DNA of 64,000 nt from a virus (lineage: Duplodnaviria > Caudoviricetes), in IMG/VR virus record IMGVR_UViG_2974555739_000001, positions 1 through 64,000 of that record; one strand, 5' to 3'. Positions 45,819 through 54,923 of the stretch are shown piece after piece. Each line of letters opens with the position of its first letter. Position 1 is the stretch's first letter. Made by a program: the position numbers and the translations under genes. Below the pieces are notes generated by a model. The model was not told where the DNA came from. It saw only the letters and a program-made list of their open reading frames with translations, and searched no databases.

Positions 45819-45830
45819 GACTTTTTTATT
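45801..45830 (-). promoter_or_regulatory. Putative phage late promoter
   Basis: AATAAA-N16-GTATTAAT on minus strand. Confidence 0.6.
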
Positions 45831-45832
45831 GT

Positions 45833-46228
45833 TTAAGCTTCTAATAATTCATTCTTCCAGGCATCAGTTTTAAGTGACTCTAACCATTTACCATCTGTTG
45901 TATCACTAGCTAAATCAAAGAACAAGCTTTGTAAGATAGCGCTTTGTCGCTGATCCAACTTGACTTCCAAACGGTTAGATTTGTCACCTAAGAAAGTTAA
46001 TCGATGAATAGTGACTTCATTTACAGAACCGGTAATAACACCTTTATCAAATTCGCGTAACAATTCATCACTTTCGATACTAAACTTTTGATGAACTTCA
46101 AAGTGAACTCTTTCATTAGTAACATGAGTTACTTCACCGTGAAAATAAAAACCATGATTGTGTTCCGTAAAAACAATTTTATCCCCATCTTGAAAATCGT
46201 TAACAGTATAAGCATAGTGATTTGACAT
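45833..46228 (-). CDS. Hypothetical protein, SH3-like N-terminus
   Basis: FQDGDKIVF...GEVT.V. Confidence 0.6.
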   Translation of the reverse strand: MSNHYAYTVNDFQDGDKIVFTEHNHGFYFHGEVTHVTNERVHFEVHQKFSIESDELLREFDKGVITGSVNEVTIHRLTFLGDKSNRLEVKLDQRQSAILQSLFFDLASDTTDGKWLESLKTDAWKNELLEA

Positions 46229-46249
46229 AACTTAAACCCCCTTTAGATT

Positions 46250-47167
46250 TTAAACAGCGATATCTTCAAATTTAATCGGATCACCTGATTCATAATCAAG
46301 CAACTTGAAGTCATCAATTGTAAAATCATAGAAGTTTTTGACTTCAGGATTTACCCACAATGTAGGTGTTTTGAATTGTGGACGTTGAATCATTTCTAAC
46401 ATCTGTTCTTCGTGACGGTTATAGATGTGTGCATTATCGATATTAAATACTAATGTTCCAACTTCCATTCCGACTACTTGTGCAATCATACGCTGCAACA
46501 CGTAATATTGGAAACAGTTAAAAGGATTTCCAGGTGGCATATCATTTGACCGAATATTAACTGTCAGATGAAGTTTTTCGTCCCATGTTTGCCAATGAGT
46601 TTCATATACACAAGGCGGTAAAGCCATTCCTGTAATATCTTCTACACACCATAATGTTGTTTTAATTTGGTTAGAGTAGCGGTTAAAGATCAATGATTGT
46701 ATCAAATGGTCAACCTGATCCAGCATAAGATGTGGTTTTCCGTCAAAAACTCTACCAGGATACAAACCTTTATCCAATTGACTAGTATCGATGTGACCTA
46801 CATATACAGGCCGCTTCTTGTGTCTTAATTGCCATCCGTAAGCTTTTCCTATCGTACCATCTTCTTGTTCCCATTGATTCCAAACTGTTTTATCAGTACC
46901 GTTTAATTTACGAAGATCATCAACAATATTTGATTTCTTTTGCCAAATCCATAACAATTCCCAAATAGGCGTTTTATAACCTAATTTACGAAGCGTAGGG
47001 AAAGGGCATTCACCGTTAAATACCATACGCTCATTCAAAACTGATCTAGCATATGCTGGTGATCCATCAGAATCCCATCTAGCACGAATTGGTTTACCTT
47101 CGTTACTTTTACCTTCTGTAAATATTCTGTTTGTAATACGAACGATCTGTTCATCATACGTTGACAT
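46250..47167 (-). CDS. thyA: Thymidylate synthase
   Basis: ELLW, GKAYG.Q, LPPC, RSND...PFN, HIY..H motifs. Confidence 0.95.
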   Translation of the reverse strand: MSTYDEQIVRITNRIFTEGKSNEGKPIRARWDSDGSPAYARSVLNERMVFNGECPFPTLRKLGYKTPIWELLWIWQKKSNIVDDLRKLNGTDKTVWNQWEQEDGTIGKAYGWQLRHKKRPVYVGHIDTSQLDKGLYPGRVFDGKPHLMLDQVDHLIQSLIFNRYSNQIKTTLWCVEDITGMALPPCVYETHWQTWDEKLHLTVNIRSNDMPPGNPFNCFQYYVLQRMIAQVVGMEVGTLVFNIDNAHIYNRHEEQMLEMIQRPQFKTPTLWVNPEVKNFYDFTIDDFKLLDYESGDPIKFEDIAV

Positions 47168-47171
47168 TCAA

Positions 47172-47321
47172 TCACTCCTGGACTTCAAAATAATAATTAT
47201 TGGCGGCTACATAAAAGCCATTTACAAATGCTGTATATAAATCAAATGGATTTTGAACTGTTGTTACAGCTAGTAATCCATTAAGATAACCACGTTTGAA
47301 AGCAATCATATCATGCATCAT
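47172..47321 (-). CDS. Hypothetical protein (49 aa), not in ORF track
   Basis: ATGA overlap with sigma stop; fills the gap to thyA. Confidence 0.55.
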   Translation of the reverse strand: MMHDMIAFKRGYLNGLLAVTTVQNPFDLYTAFVNGFYVAANNYYFEVQE

Positions 47322-48019
47322 ATTGCCACTCTCCCAAAATGAGCTTCAGCAAAAGGTTTGATTCTTCTTTTGATAATACGGCCCACTTGAACTTGACTAA
47401 TGCCTAAACCTTCAGCTATTTCCCTTTGTCCCTTTTCTAACAAAAGTTGCTCCACTATGTAACGTTCTCTAGGTTGCAGCTTGTCCATAAAATCTTGAGC
47501 AATAACATGAGTGTAATCTTCGTCTGTACGCACAAAGTAATCAAATGTATCACCGAAAGTATCATCTTCATCAATGAGTTTGTTTGTACTAGTTATAGTG
47601 AAGTTCTTGTTTAAAGCAACTGCATCCATAACTTCTTTTTCAGACAAACCAACATCTTTCATGATTTCCTTTACGTCTTTTTCGAAAGAGCTTTCACGAT
47701 TAATCAACGAAAAATGTTCTCTTACGTGACGTGGAAAGCGAATTGATGTTGTGCGTTCTCTAGCCCAATGCAACCATTCACCTACCATGATCTTGACAGC
47801 ATAAGTAGAGAATTTGTATTCGCTGAATTTAATCGGATCATACTTAGCGCAAGCTGTTAATAATCCCATTGAAACAACTTGTTCAATGTCTTCCTTTGAA
47901 TAATTTGTTTGATTTTCGTTCTTCATCCAGTAACCAGCTAACTTATCATTCATAACGAAGCCGATTAAACCTGAATTTTCCGCGAATAAAGCGTTTCTTT
48001 CCTCAATAGTTCTTAACAT
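47318..48019 (-). CDS. SigF/SigG-like (sporulation-type) sigma factor
   Basis: EDIEQVVSMGLL.A..KYDP...KFSTYAV..MVGE; region 4 QREIAEGLGISQVQVGRI (SigF has TQSEVAERLGISQVQVSRL). Confidence 0.9.
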   Translation of the reverse strand: MLRTIEERNALFAENSGLIGFVMNDKLAGYWMKNENQTNYSKEDIEQVVSMGLLTACAKYDPIKFSEYKFSTYAVKIMVGEWLHWARERTTSIRFPRHVREHFSLINRESSFEKDVKEIMKDVGLSEKEVMDAVALNKNFTITSTNKLIDEDDTFGDTFDYFVRTDEDYTHVIAQDFMDKLQPRERYIVEQLLLEKGQREIAEGLGISQVQVGRIIKRRIKPFAEAHFGRVAI

Positions 48020-48089
48020 AATTTAAGTTCCCCCTTAAATTTTGGTTATAAAGTGAATACGTGATGCATACCCTATGTGATGTAAGTTA

Positions 48090-48119
48090 ATTATATACCA
48101 GCAAATATCATTTTGTAAA
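48090..48119 (-). promoter_or_regulatory. Sigma-A promoter for the sigma gene
   Basis: TTTACA-N18-TATAAT on minus strand. Confidence 0.65.
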
Positions 48120-48136
48120 CATTTTTTTCTAATTTT

Positions 48137-48868
48137 TTAGGACATATTTTTCTTGAGATAAATTGGACACACGCTGCGCATAGTACAAAAGGACTCACAG
48201 AAAAATGGAGAATAATTAGCTTGGAATGTACTGTTTTTTATTTTGTTCCATGCACCTATTACTTTTAATTTTGCAAGCTCCATAAATACATCATCTATAA
48301 CGAAAGTATGCTGCTGGTCATAAAGTGGAAAGTCAAATTCAAATTTATAAGGCATTTCACCATATTTAGCGTAAACAGCAAGTGCGTAAACGTATGGTTG
48401 AACTTTCTTTTTCAAAGCGGATTTTTCAAATGGTTTCGATTTTTTATAATCGCGGATCACAATACCTTTTTCATCACGGTAAACACAATCGACAAAACCG
48501 TGAATAGGTGGAATTCCGAACTGAACTGAATGAGTAAACTCCATTTCAACGTCCAGGACATTCAATTGACTGATTTCATAAGCTTTCCTCTCTATTCCGG
48601 AAAGGGCCAAATGATATAACTTTTCATATTCTTCTTCAGGAACATAGCAATACTGATAGTTCTGCATGAAATAATTCTTAGCCTGGAACACTTCGAATTC
48701 ACCTTTTGCTAACTTTTCCATGATTGTATGAATAAGTGTACCTAAATCAGCGTGCCAATCGACGGTGTTATCAAGATCATCCATCTTTTCTATATACTTA
48801 AATCCGAAATAAAGACCGCATTGCTCATGAAGTTCGATCCTGCTGCTGCTCAAATACTCCATTACCAC
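48137..48868 (-). CDS. PD-(D/E)XK Cas4/AddB-like exonuclease
   Basis: LS.S.I...QC, GT.IH, GFVD...DYK; C-terminal C-x3-C-x5-C iron-sulfur-type Cys. Confidence 0.85.
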   Translation of the reverse strand: MVMEYLSSSRIELHEQCGLYFGFKYIEKMDDLDNTVDWHADLGTLIHTIMEKLAKGEFEVFQAKNYFMQNYQYCYVPEEEYEKLYHLALSGIERKAYEISQLNVLDVEMEFTHSVQFGIPPIHGFVDCVYRDEKGIVIRDYKKSKPFEKSALKKKVQPYVYALAVYAKYGEMPYKFEFDFPLYDQQHTFVIDDVFMELAKLKVIGAWNKIKNSTFQANYSPFFCESFCTMRSVCPIYLKKNMS

Positions 48869-49125
48869 AACTCCTTATAAACATTTACTTGATCCATTGA
48901 AATAGATTCTTCAATTCTTAGGCCACAAATAAGGTTGCTATCAAGGTCTTGTTGAGTAGTAAGAGGACACGTTGCTAAATAATTTTGAATAGCTTCACGT
49001 TGTAAAACACCTAAAGCAACAGTGTTTGGCTCTCTTTTATTAACAGCTATAAATGTGTTTGTTTCTTCTTTAATCGCTTTTATAATCGTATCCATAGTAA
49101 TCATTTGCATATTAACTACCTCCAA
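48862..49125 (-). CDS. Hypothetical protein
   Basis: ORF with GGAGG RBS. Confidence 0.55.
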   Translation of the reverse strand: MEVVNMQMITMDTIIKAIKEETNTFIAVNKREPNTVALGVLQREAIQNYLATCPLTTQQDLDSNLICGLRIEESISMDQVNVYKELW

Positions 49126-49165
49126 TAATATAAAGCCCTACCGAATGGACAGCAGGGCTTATAGC

Positions 49166-49357
49166 TTATTTATTTAATCCGTTAAGGTTAATCGTTTCGT
49201 TATCAATCGTCTTGTATATGACAACGATAACGTGAATTGTTTCGTTATTATTCATAGCTAAATTACTTTTAATATCAACAACGTTAATATTGTATTGGCG
49301 TATCCAGTTATTTACGGTTCGATCTTGTTCACCCCAAAATTCCTTAATGTGAAGCAT
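49166..49357 (-). CDS. Hypothetical protein
   Basis: AAGGAG RBS. Confidence 0.6.
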   Translation of the reverse strand: MLHIKEFWGEQDRTVNNWIRQYNINVVDIKSNLAMNNNETIHVIVVIYKTIDNETINLNGLNK

Positions 49358-49667
49358 TTTCTGACTCCTTTTTTGCTTGGACTTTATTATACCATTCTAC
49401 AGCTTGTTCACGAGTCATCTTAGTCATGTGTAAAAAAGCAGCTAACAAATCTGCATCATCAACATCTTCACCACGACAATAATTGCAGCTTGTTTCTTGT
49501 TCATAAGTTCCATTTTTAGGAGTGAATCCGTTTGGTTCTTCACGGAAACCATCACCTTCAGCACAACTATCATCACACCAACGATTACCGCAGTCACAAC
49601 TTACGTGTGGCCCACAATCAGGAAAGTTATCTTCACAATTTGCACATGTTAAGTAATCTACACCCAT
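49344..49667 (-). CDS. Cys-rich putative Zn-binding protein
   Basis: CxxC...CxC...CxxxC...CxxC. Confidence 0.65.
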   Translation of the reverse strand: MGVDYLTCANCEDNFPDCGPHVSCDCGNRWCDDSCAEGDGFREEPNGFTPKNGTYEQETSCNYCRGEDVDDADLLAAFLHMTKMTREQAVEWYNKVQAKKESENASH

Positions 49668-49993
49668 TATTCAACACCATCACTTTCAGATAATCTTTTT
49701 AGAGCTTCACCATTACGAGCTACAGCTTTTTCAAACGACTTTCTAACATCTTCTTTAAGTTTATCATTCAATTCATTGTAACAATCGGTACACAATCCAG
49801 CTTCAAACGCTTTAGTTTTAACACCTACCCACTTAAATTCTTGACAAGATGGACAAGGGATGTAGTTTTTCATCCGTCCTGATCGAACTTTACTTACGTT
49901 TCGTTTCATTTCAATTGTACTACCATTTACCAGGGTAATCATAACCGTGTCCTTCTGTACTCTCTTTCTTCCATTTCCTTTTCTTTTTCCCAT
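49667..49993 (-). CDS. Zn-finger-like hypothetical protein (probable true start 49942)
   Basis: CPSC...CTDC. Confidence 0.6.
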   Translation of the reverse strand: MGKRKGNGRKRVQKDTVMITLVNGSTIEMKRNVSKVRSGRMKNYIPCPSCQEFKWVGVKTKAFEAGLCTDCYNELNDKLKEDVRKSFEKAVARNGEALKRLSESDGVE

Positions 49994-50088
49994 ATCTCCA
50001 TCTGCTCCTTAAAACAATCATCACATAAGTGAAAATCGTTTGTCATTTTATTGCTGCAATATAAACATTTATCGGTGTTTGACACCAT
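49939..50088 (-). CDS. Small Zn-finger protein (49 aa, MVSNTDKCLYC...LCDDC...), not in ORF track
   Basis: CxxC-x10-CxxC; its TGA overlaps ATG 49942 of the next gene. Confidence 0.55.
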   Translation of the reverse strand: MVSNTDKCLYCSNKMTNDFHLCDDCFKEQMEIWEKEKEMEEREYRRTRL

Positions 50089-50254
50089 CCCACTTCCTAG
50101 TCTCTTCTCGACTCATTCTCAACATGTACGAAAGATAACGAAGGTATTCAGGATCATTTTCTACTTTACCTTCGAGAATAACCATCATAGCAGTAACGAT
50201 TTCTTGTTCAAAATTGATAATATTTTCATTAACTTGCACGATATTTTCACTCAT
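50069..50254 (-). CDS. Hypothetical protein
   Basis: AGGGG RBS. Confidence 0.55.
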   Translation of the reverse strand: MSENIVQVNENIINFEQEIVTAMMVILEGKVENDPEYLRYLSYMLRMSREETRKWDGVKHR

Positions 50255-50256
50255 TT

Positions 50257-51285
50257 TTAAACCCCCTGAAATTTAGATGCCATTTTTAAACTAAGCATAA
50301 AAGTATCTTTCAATGTATCCGCTGGATCAGTCCCTAAAGTCGGCGGCATTGTTAACCAAATGTTCTTACCTCTTTGCTTTAATTCAGCAGCTAATTTAAC
50401 AGCTGAAGCTTGACTAGCTTGTGTTGCATCATTATCAGCAAATATTACAATGTTATCAACGCCCATATCACAAAGTAACTTAACTTGTTCAGGTGTTGTT
50501 GTGTTACTTAAAGTAGCAACAAAGTTTCCGTAGTCGTATTGTACAGCTCTCCATACAGAAGCAGCACCTTCTACGACTCCCACCCACCCACGAGACATAG
50601 CGTGAACCTTCGCAACACGATAATTATATAACGTCCTTTTAGCTAAATAACCTTGTTCCGTTGAGCCGAAACAGTATTTAGGAAACGTTTCATCGTTTGT
50701 TGCGCGGCCCTGGAATGCTATGATCCGCATATTTTCATCTAAAATAGGTATAGTCAGACGATCTTTGAGCAAATTATTCATATTACAGTATCCTAATTTA
50801 AACATTTGAGCAATTTCAGGAGTGTATCCACGTCCTTGCCAATATACATGTAACTTTCCGCTATCAAAAGCTTCTAAGGTTGTCTTATCGAAATATGTAG
50901 GTTTGATAACTTTCGGTTCAAGTTCTATTTGAGTCGCTTCGTGAACTCCATTCTCGCTACCTGAAGCGAACACCATAACATCTATGGCCTTTCTGAAGCT
51001 ATATCCCATGTGTTTAGTTAGGAAATCAACAGTGTCTATATTCCCAAAAGTCCGGTGTGTAAAGTCACTCCAACGCCATTTACTTTCATTTGGGTAGAAT
51101 GTGACACCAACACCTCCTGGATTATCGCCACCTCTCCACCACGCATTAATTCTCCAATCAATAACAATACCTTTGTTTGTTTTTTTGTGCGGTTTTAGAT
51201 TTTCTATAGGAGCATTAATAAAAGTCATTAAAGCCCCTATATCAATACTTCTGTTAAGTTCTTTCATTTCTTCTTGAGAAATCAA
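50257..51285 (-). CDS. DNA primase (DnaG-like TOPRIM)
   Basis: RLTIPI.D....IAFQGR, VVEG, IVIFADND, DPAD. Confidence 0.88.
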   Translation of the reverse strand: MISQEEMKELNRSIDIGALMTFINAPIENLKPHKKTNKGIVIDWRINAWWRGGDNPGGVGVTFYPNESKWRWSDFTHRTFGNIDTVDFLTKHMGYSFRKAIDVMVFASGSENGVHEATQIELEPKVIKPTYFDKTTLEAFDSGKLHVYWQGRGYTPEIAQMFKLGYCNMNNLLKDRLTIPILDENMRIIAFQGRATNDETFPKYCFGSTEQGYLAKRTLYNYRVAKVHAMSRGWVGVVEGAASVWRAVQYDYGNFVATLSNTTTPEQVKLLCDMGVDNIVIFADNDATQASQASAVKLAAELKQRGKNIWLTMPPTLGTDPADTLKDTFMLSLKMASKFQGV

Positions 51286-51954
51286 TTATTCCACCCCTAA
51301 TTCAAAAAGATTAGATACTATCCTTTTGAATTCAACAGCATCTTCCTCTTTTTTAAAATAACCAAAATGAATCTTTTCTTTATTTATCGTGATTCTCAAA
51401 CAAAAACTTTGTCCAGCTTTATACCAATTAATGTATTTATGTTTCGAAGTTTTCGTTTTATCTCTTTTTGTTATTATTTTTCTACCGTCATCTTCAACTG
51501 GATTAAGAGAAGCGAATTCACCGAAAAGTTCAATAGCCTTCCTGTTGTAAATTAACGCTGCATCGATTTCGTTATCATAAGTTCCTAAATCGTAATCTTT
51601 TTTATCTTTAGTTATAGAGACTCTCCAGCTTGTTTCTTTTTTCTTAGAAACACCCAGGTAAACAGAAGAACCACTGATACTTTTTCTATTCCACTTGTTT
51701 TGTTGTGGAGTACAAATTCTTAAATTAGACTTTCTGTTATCTAATTTATTTCCATTAATATGATCCACGACTACATTAGGATCAATAACACCCAAAATGA
51801 ACCTATGCAAATATATCCTGAAACGTTCGCCATTGATTCTTTTTAGTCTTGAAGCGTAACCATTATTGAAATACCAATTAAAACGAGAAATGATTTCATA
51901 ATCACCATCATCAACAATAGCTTCTTTCCCTTGAGAAAGTGGTATCTTCTTCAT
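51286..51954 (-). CDS. HNH-AP2 homing endonuclease
   Basis: YLHRFI...VDHINGNKLDNRKSNLR; AP2 YLGV...W.V.I...LGTY..E.DAA..YN. Confidence 0.9.
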   Translation of the reverse strand: MKKIPLSQGKEAIVDDGDYEIISRFNWYFNNGYASRLKRINGERFRIYLHRFILGVIDPNVVVDHINGNKLDNRKSNLRICTPQQNKWNRKSISGSSVYLGVSKKKETSWRVSITKDKKDYDLGTYDNEIDAALIYNRKAIELFGEFASLNPVEDDGRKIITKRDKTKTSKHKYINWYKAGQSFCLRITINKEKIHFGYFKKEEDAVEFKRIVSNLFELGVE

Positions 51955-51956
51955 AA

Positions 51957-53327
51957 CTATAGCTCCTTTATTCTATGGAAATCATTGAACCATAAGTCAA
52001 CTGTTTTCCCTTCATCTTTACGATCAATTTTACGGCCCATTACAAGCTCAAGATAATGTGTTCCTTGATGTTGGTGTGAATTCTCGTACCCTGGACGATT
52101 CTTTCTAAGAACGAAAATAACATCACCTAGTTTTGTAAAGTGAGAAGTTTCGGCAAATCTAGCTTTACCTTTTTCATCTACCCACATCTGACCGCTTGTA
52201 ATAACAGGAATATCACATTGTTTAGCGATTTTCTCTTTAAGTGTATCGATTTTAGCGGCTAATAACAAATCAGTACGGCCCTTTTCTACTTCATGAGACT
52301 GAATTTTAACGTAGTCATAAGTGAAAAGTTCAATTCCTTCCTGCATTTGAAGCAGTTTGACCTTACTTTCAAGCTCTGAATTGGTCATTTCGTTCGCGTT
52401 AAAATGAAAAAACGGTGTCATTTCAATCACGTCATATGCATCTATTAGCGCTTGTTTTTGCTTATCTGTTAAGAAAGGCTCACCATTTGGTTTAGTGTCT
52501 TCTGATGCCATTATCTGTTCTTCGGTAAGGCCAGCTTCTTTCGCCAATAATCGCATTAAAACTTCTTCATCGAACATTTCTGTATCTGCATAAGCTGTTG
52601 GTATTCCTAAATTTCTAGCTACATACCAGGAAATATCAAGCATTACAGATGATTTACCAATCTTTTCTTCAGCACCGATAACATACAATGCTTTTTTACG
52701 AAGATTTTTCATTAATTTATTCATCTTAGGATACTTACCGCCGATATTAATGCCTTCGATTTCTTTGTTCTTAATCTTCTCTTTGATCCGGTCTAACTTT
52801 GAACCAATTTTAGTTATCTTCTCGTGAGTTCTAATTGAATCAGCGAGAAAATAAGTAGCAGTTTTGATGTGAGTATCCATTTCTTCCAGGTCTTCAAACT
52901 GCTTATTACCTTCATCAGTGTTAGTTATAGCGAATGTGTGAATTTTAGCTGAAAGATCAATACATTTACGGCGATAAGATAAACTTTTTAACGTTTTCAT
53001 TTGTTCTGTTACAGCTGGTGATTCAGGTAGTGTATCGTCTACAAGACTTCTTACAGCTTGTACACCACCGATACCCATTAAACAATCATAGCCTTCTTTG
53101 TTCGTATTCTCAAGAAGTGTCATAATACCTTCAGGAGTTACATCACCATCAGCAGCAAGGCGTTTGATAGCACCAAATGTAAATCTACAGTAAGGAAAGA
53201 AAAAGTCATCAGCTTTTAATTCCTGACCGATTATTGTAATCATAGCAGGTCTTGTCATCAAAACCTTCAAGATATATGTTTCTGTTGAATTTGAGCTTAA
53301 CGCTGCTTTAGGATCACTAACCGTCAT
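51957..53327 (-). CDS. DnaB-like replicative helicase
   Basis: Walker A-like GAEEKIGKS, DTEM, DYV.I, SGQ, arginine-finger region. Confidence 0.85.
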   Translation of the reverse strand: MTVSDPKAALSSNSTETYILKVLMTRPAMITIIGQELKADDFFFPYCRFTFGAIKRLAADGDVTPEGIMTLLENTNKEGYDCLMGIGGVQAVRSLVDDTLPESPAVTEQMKTLKSLSYRRKCIDLSAKIHTFAITNTDEGNKQFEDLEEMDTHIKTATYFLADSIRTHEKITKIGSKLDRIKEKIKNKEIEGINIGGKYPKMNKLMKNLRKKALYVIGAEEKIGKSSVMLDISWYVARNLGIPTAYADTEMFDEEVLMRLLAKEAGLTEEQIMASEDTKPNGEPFLTDKQKQALIDAYDVIEMTPFFHFNANEMTNSELESKVKLLQMQEGIELFTYDYVKIQSHEVEKGRTDLLLAAKIDTLKEKIAKQCDIPVITSGQMWVDEKGKARFAETSHFTKLGDVIFVLRKNRPGYENSHQHQGTHYLELVMGRKIDRKDEGKTVDLWFNDFHRIKEL

Positions 53328-53333
53328 TGCTAA

Positions 53334-53879
53334 TTACCTCCAAATCTTAACCCACCGCACAATATGAATAGGTGCATAAAACAAATCGCACAAATTGTTA
53401 TTTTTAACTTTTCTATCATAATCGATGAATCGGAATGCTTTTCTATCGTGCCAAATACGTTGACAAGCGCTTTTGAAACCACGTTCTTTACGCATACGTC
53501 GAAATCTTCTTAATAATGATGTTTCAACATAAATGACCATTATGTTTTCTCTTCCTATTTTAGTAGCTAGGAATTCAACACCAGCTGGATCAATAATATA
53601 AACATCGCTTTCGACTAACTGCTTGAGTGTACCGAAATAATCATGACCATCAAACCTGGTATGAGCAATAATTTCTTCTTCATGAAGCATTACAGTAGCT
53701 TGTACAGGTGTAATAAATTCATGAGTTTCTTCGCTTTCAAATCTCTTTGGACGTGAAGTGTAACTTTTTAAATCCGTTAATCCGTAACGTTCTAGTTCTT
53801 TTGAAATTGTTGATTTGCCTGTCCCACTTTTACCCACCAAACAAACGATTCTATCTTGACCTTTTAGAAAAGTATTCAT
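53334..53879 (-). CDS. Guanylate-kinase-like nucleotide kinase
   Basis: GKSGTGKST, SYTSRPKR.E...HEF, YFG. Confidence 0.85.
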   Translation of the reverse strand: MNTFLKGQDRIVCLVGKSGTGKSTISKELERYGLTDLKSYTSRPKRFESEETHEFITPVQATVMLHEEEIIAHTRFDGHDYFGTLKQLVESDVYIIDPAGVEFLATKIGRENIMVIYVETSLLRRFRRMRKERGFKSACQRIWHDRKAFRFIDYDRKVKNNNLCDLFYAPIHIVRWVKIWR

Positions 53880-54057
53880 TGACTTCCTCCTTAGTCATTT
53901 CGCTTCTAACCACTTCACCACTTAAAGAAGCCCAATCAGTGAAATCGTTTGGCATTCTGCAATTGTGAGTATCATAAACGGTGATGTTATTTCTATCTTG
54001 CTGCTTCCATTTCTTCATTAATTCTTGCATTGAAACGCCGCGTTTAGGTCTAGGCAT
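53851..54057 (-). CDS. Hypothetical protein
   Basis: Coupled ORF. Confidence 0.55.
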   Translation of the reverse strand: MPRPKRGVSMQELMKKWKQQDRNNITVYDTHNCRMPNDFTDWASLSGEVVRSEMTKEEVNEYFSKRSR

Positions 54058-54436
54058 TTTTCACTAACCCCTCATTCTTCCACCAATCATTACGTTTGCC
54101 TTGTAATTGGCAACTGATGATGACATATTTTCCACACTCTTCTTTCTTACAAATGAACTGCATCCTTTCATTCATAGAACCAGCTACTTCATAACGTCTT
54201 TCTTTTCCATTCGCTAAGAAGCCGCCTAACTTAGAATTTCTGAATTTGCGGATAATTTCAGTTCGAACAGCGTTGATGTCAAGTCCAGCTGGATCAAGAT
54301 TCTGTCTTTCAACAAAACGAATAACTGCATGATCTGACATAAACACTTTAACATTACCTATAAAATTACGTCTAACTTTATTTTTATAATGATTTGCCAT
54401 TAAATTACCTCCCTTATCACCACTCTTCAGTGTCAA
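54050..54436 (-). CDS. Hypothetical protein
   Basis: SDHAVIRFVER motif; probable ATG after GGAGG (MANHY). Confidence 0.55.
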   Translation of the reverse strand: MTLKSGDKGGNLMANHYKNKVRRNFIGNVKVFMSDHAVIRFVERQNLDPAGLDINAVRTEIIRKFRNSKLGGFLANGKERRYEVAGSMNERMQFICKKEECGKYVIISCQLQGKRNDWWKNEGLVKNA

Positions 54437-54908
54437 GCCAATTTAATTTCTTTTTCTTATCTTTATTATAACCATTTAAACCATTATTTTCAACGTTTTC
54501 TTTTTGTTTAGGGCTATAAATATCTAAATCATTTGAAGATTCTTTTTCGTGGGCCTTAATTTCTTCAGCAACAGCACGGCCCTTCCAATATTTCAAGCTT
54601 TCGGGTAGAACATCATAACCTAAACTTCCAATCGATCTGAAGCGTTTTCCTGTCATTTGCGAATACTTGATTGTATTAATAATGATTTCGTTTGTAGAAA
54701 GATCAGTTTCGATATTATTTTCTTCCAGGTATTTATTGACTGTTTTGCGAAGTTGAGCAAGCATAATACCCATACGGCGCTTTTCTGAAGGCGTGAAAGG
54801 TTGCCCATGCTCAAATGTCTTGATAAATAAATCGGTTACATCTTTATTTTTAATCATAGTATAATCTCCTTTTTTAGACAAAATAAAAAGAGGTGCAATG
54901 ATAAACAC
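54417..54908 (-). CDS. Hypothetical protein
   Basis: AAAGGAG RBS before MIKNK. Confidence 0.55.
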   Translation of the reverse strand: MFIIAPLFILSKKGDYTMIKNKDVTDLFIKTFEHGQPFTPSEKRRMGIMLAQLRKTVNKYLEENNIETDLSTNEIIINTIKYSQMTGKRFRSIGSLGYDVLPESLKYWKGRAVAEEIKAHEKESSNDLDIYSPKQKENVENNGLNGYNKDKKKKLNWLDTEEW

Positions 54909-54923
54909 CTCTTATTTAATTAA

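Noticed and set aside
47720-47745. parS-like sequence
   Set aside because: Only about 10/16 match to the Bacillus parS consensus, and it is intragenic
48137-48868. Cas4 as evidence of a CRISPR system
   Set aside because: Solo phage Cas4-like exonuclease; no cas operon or array in the window
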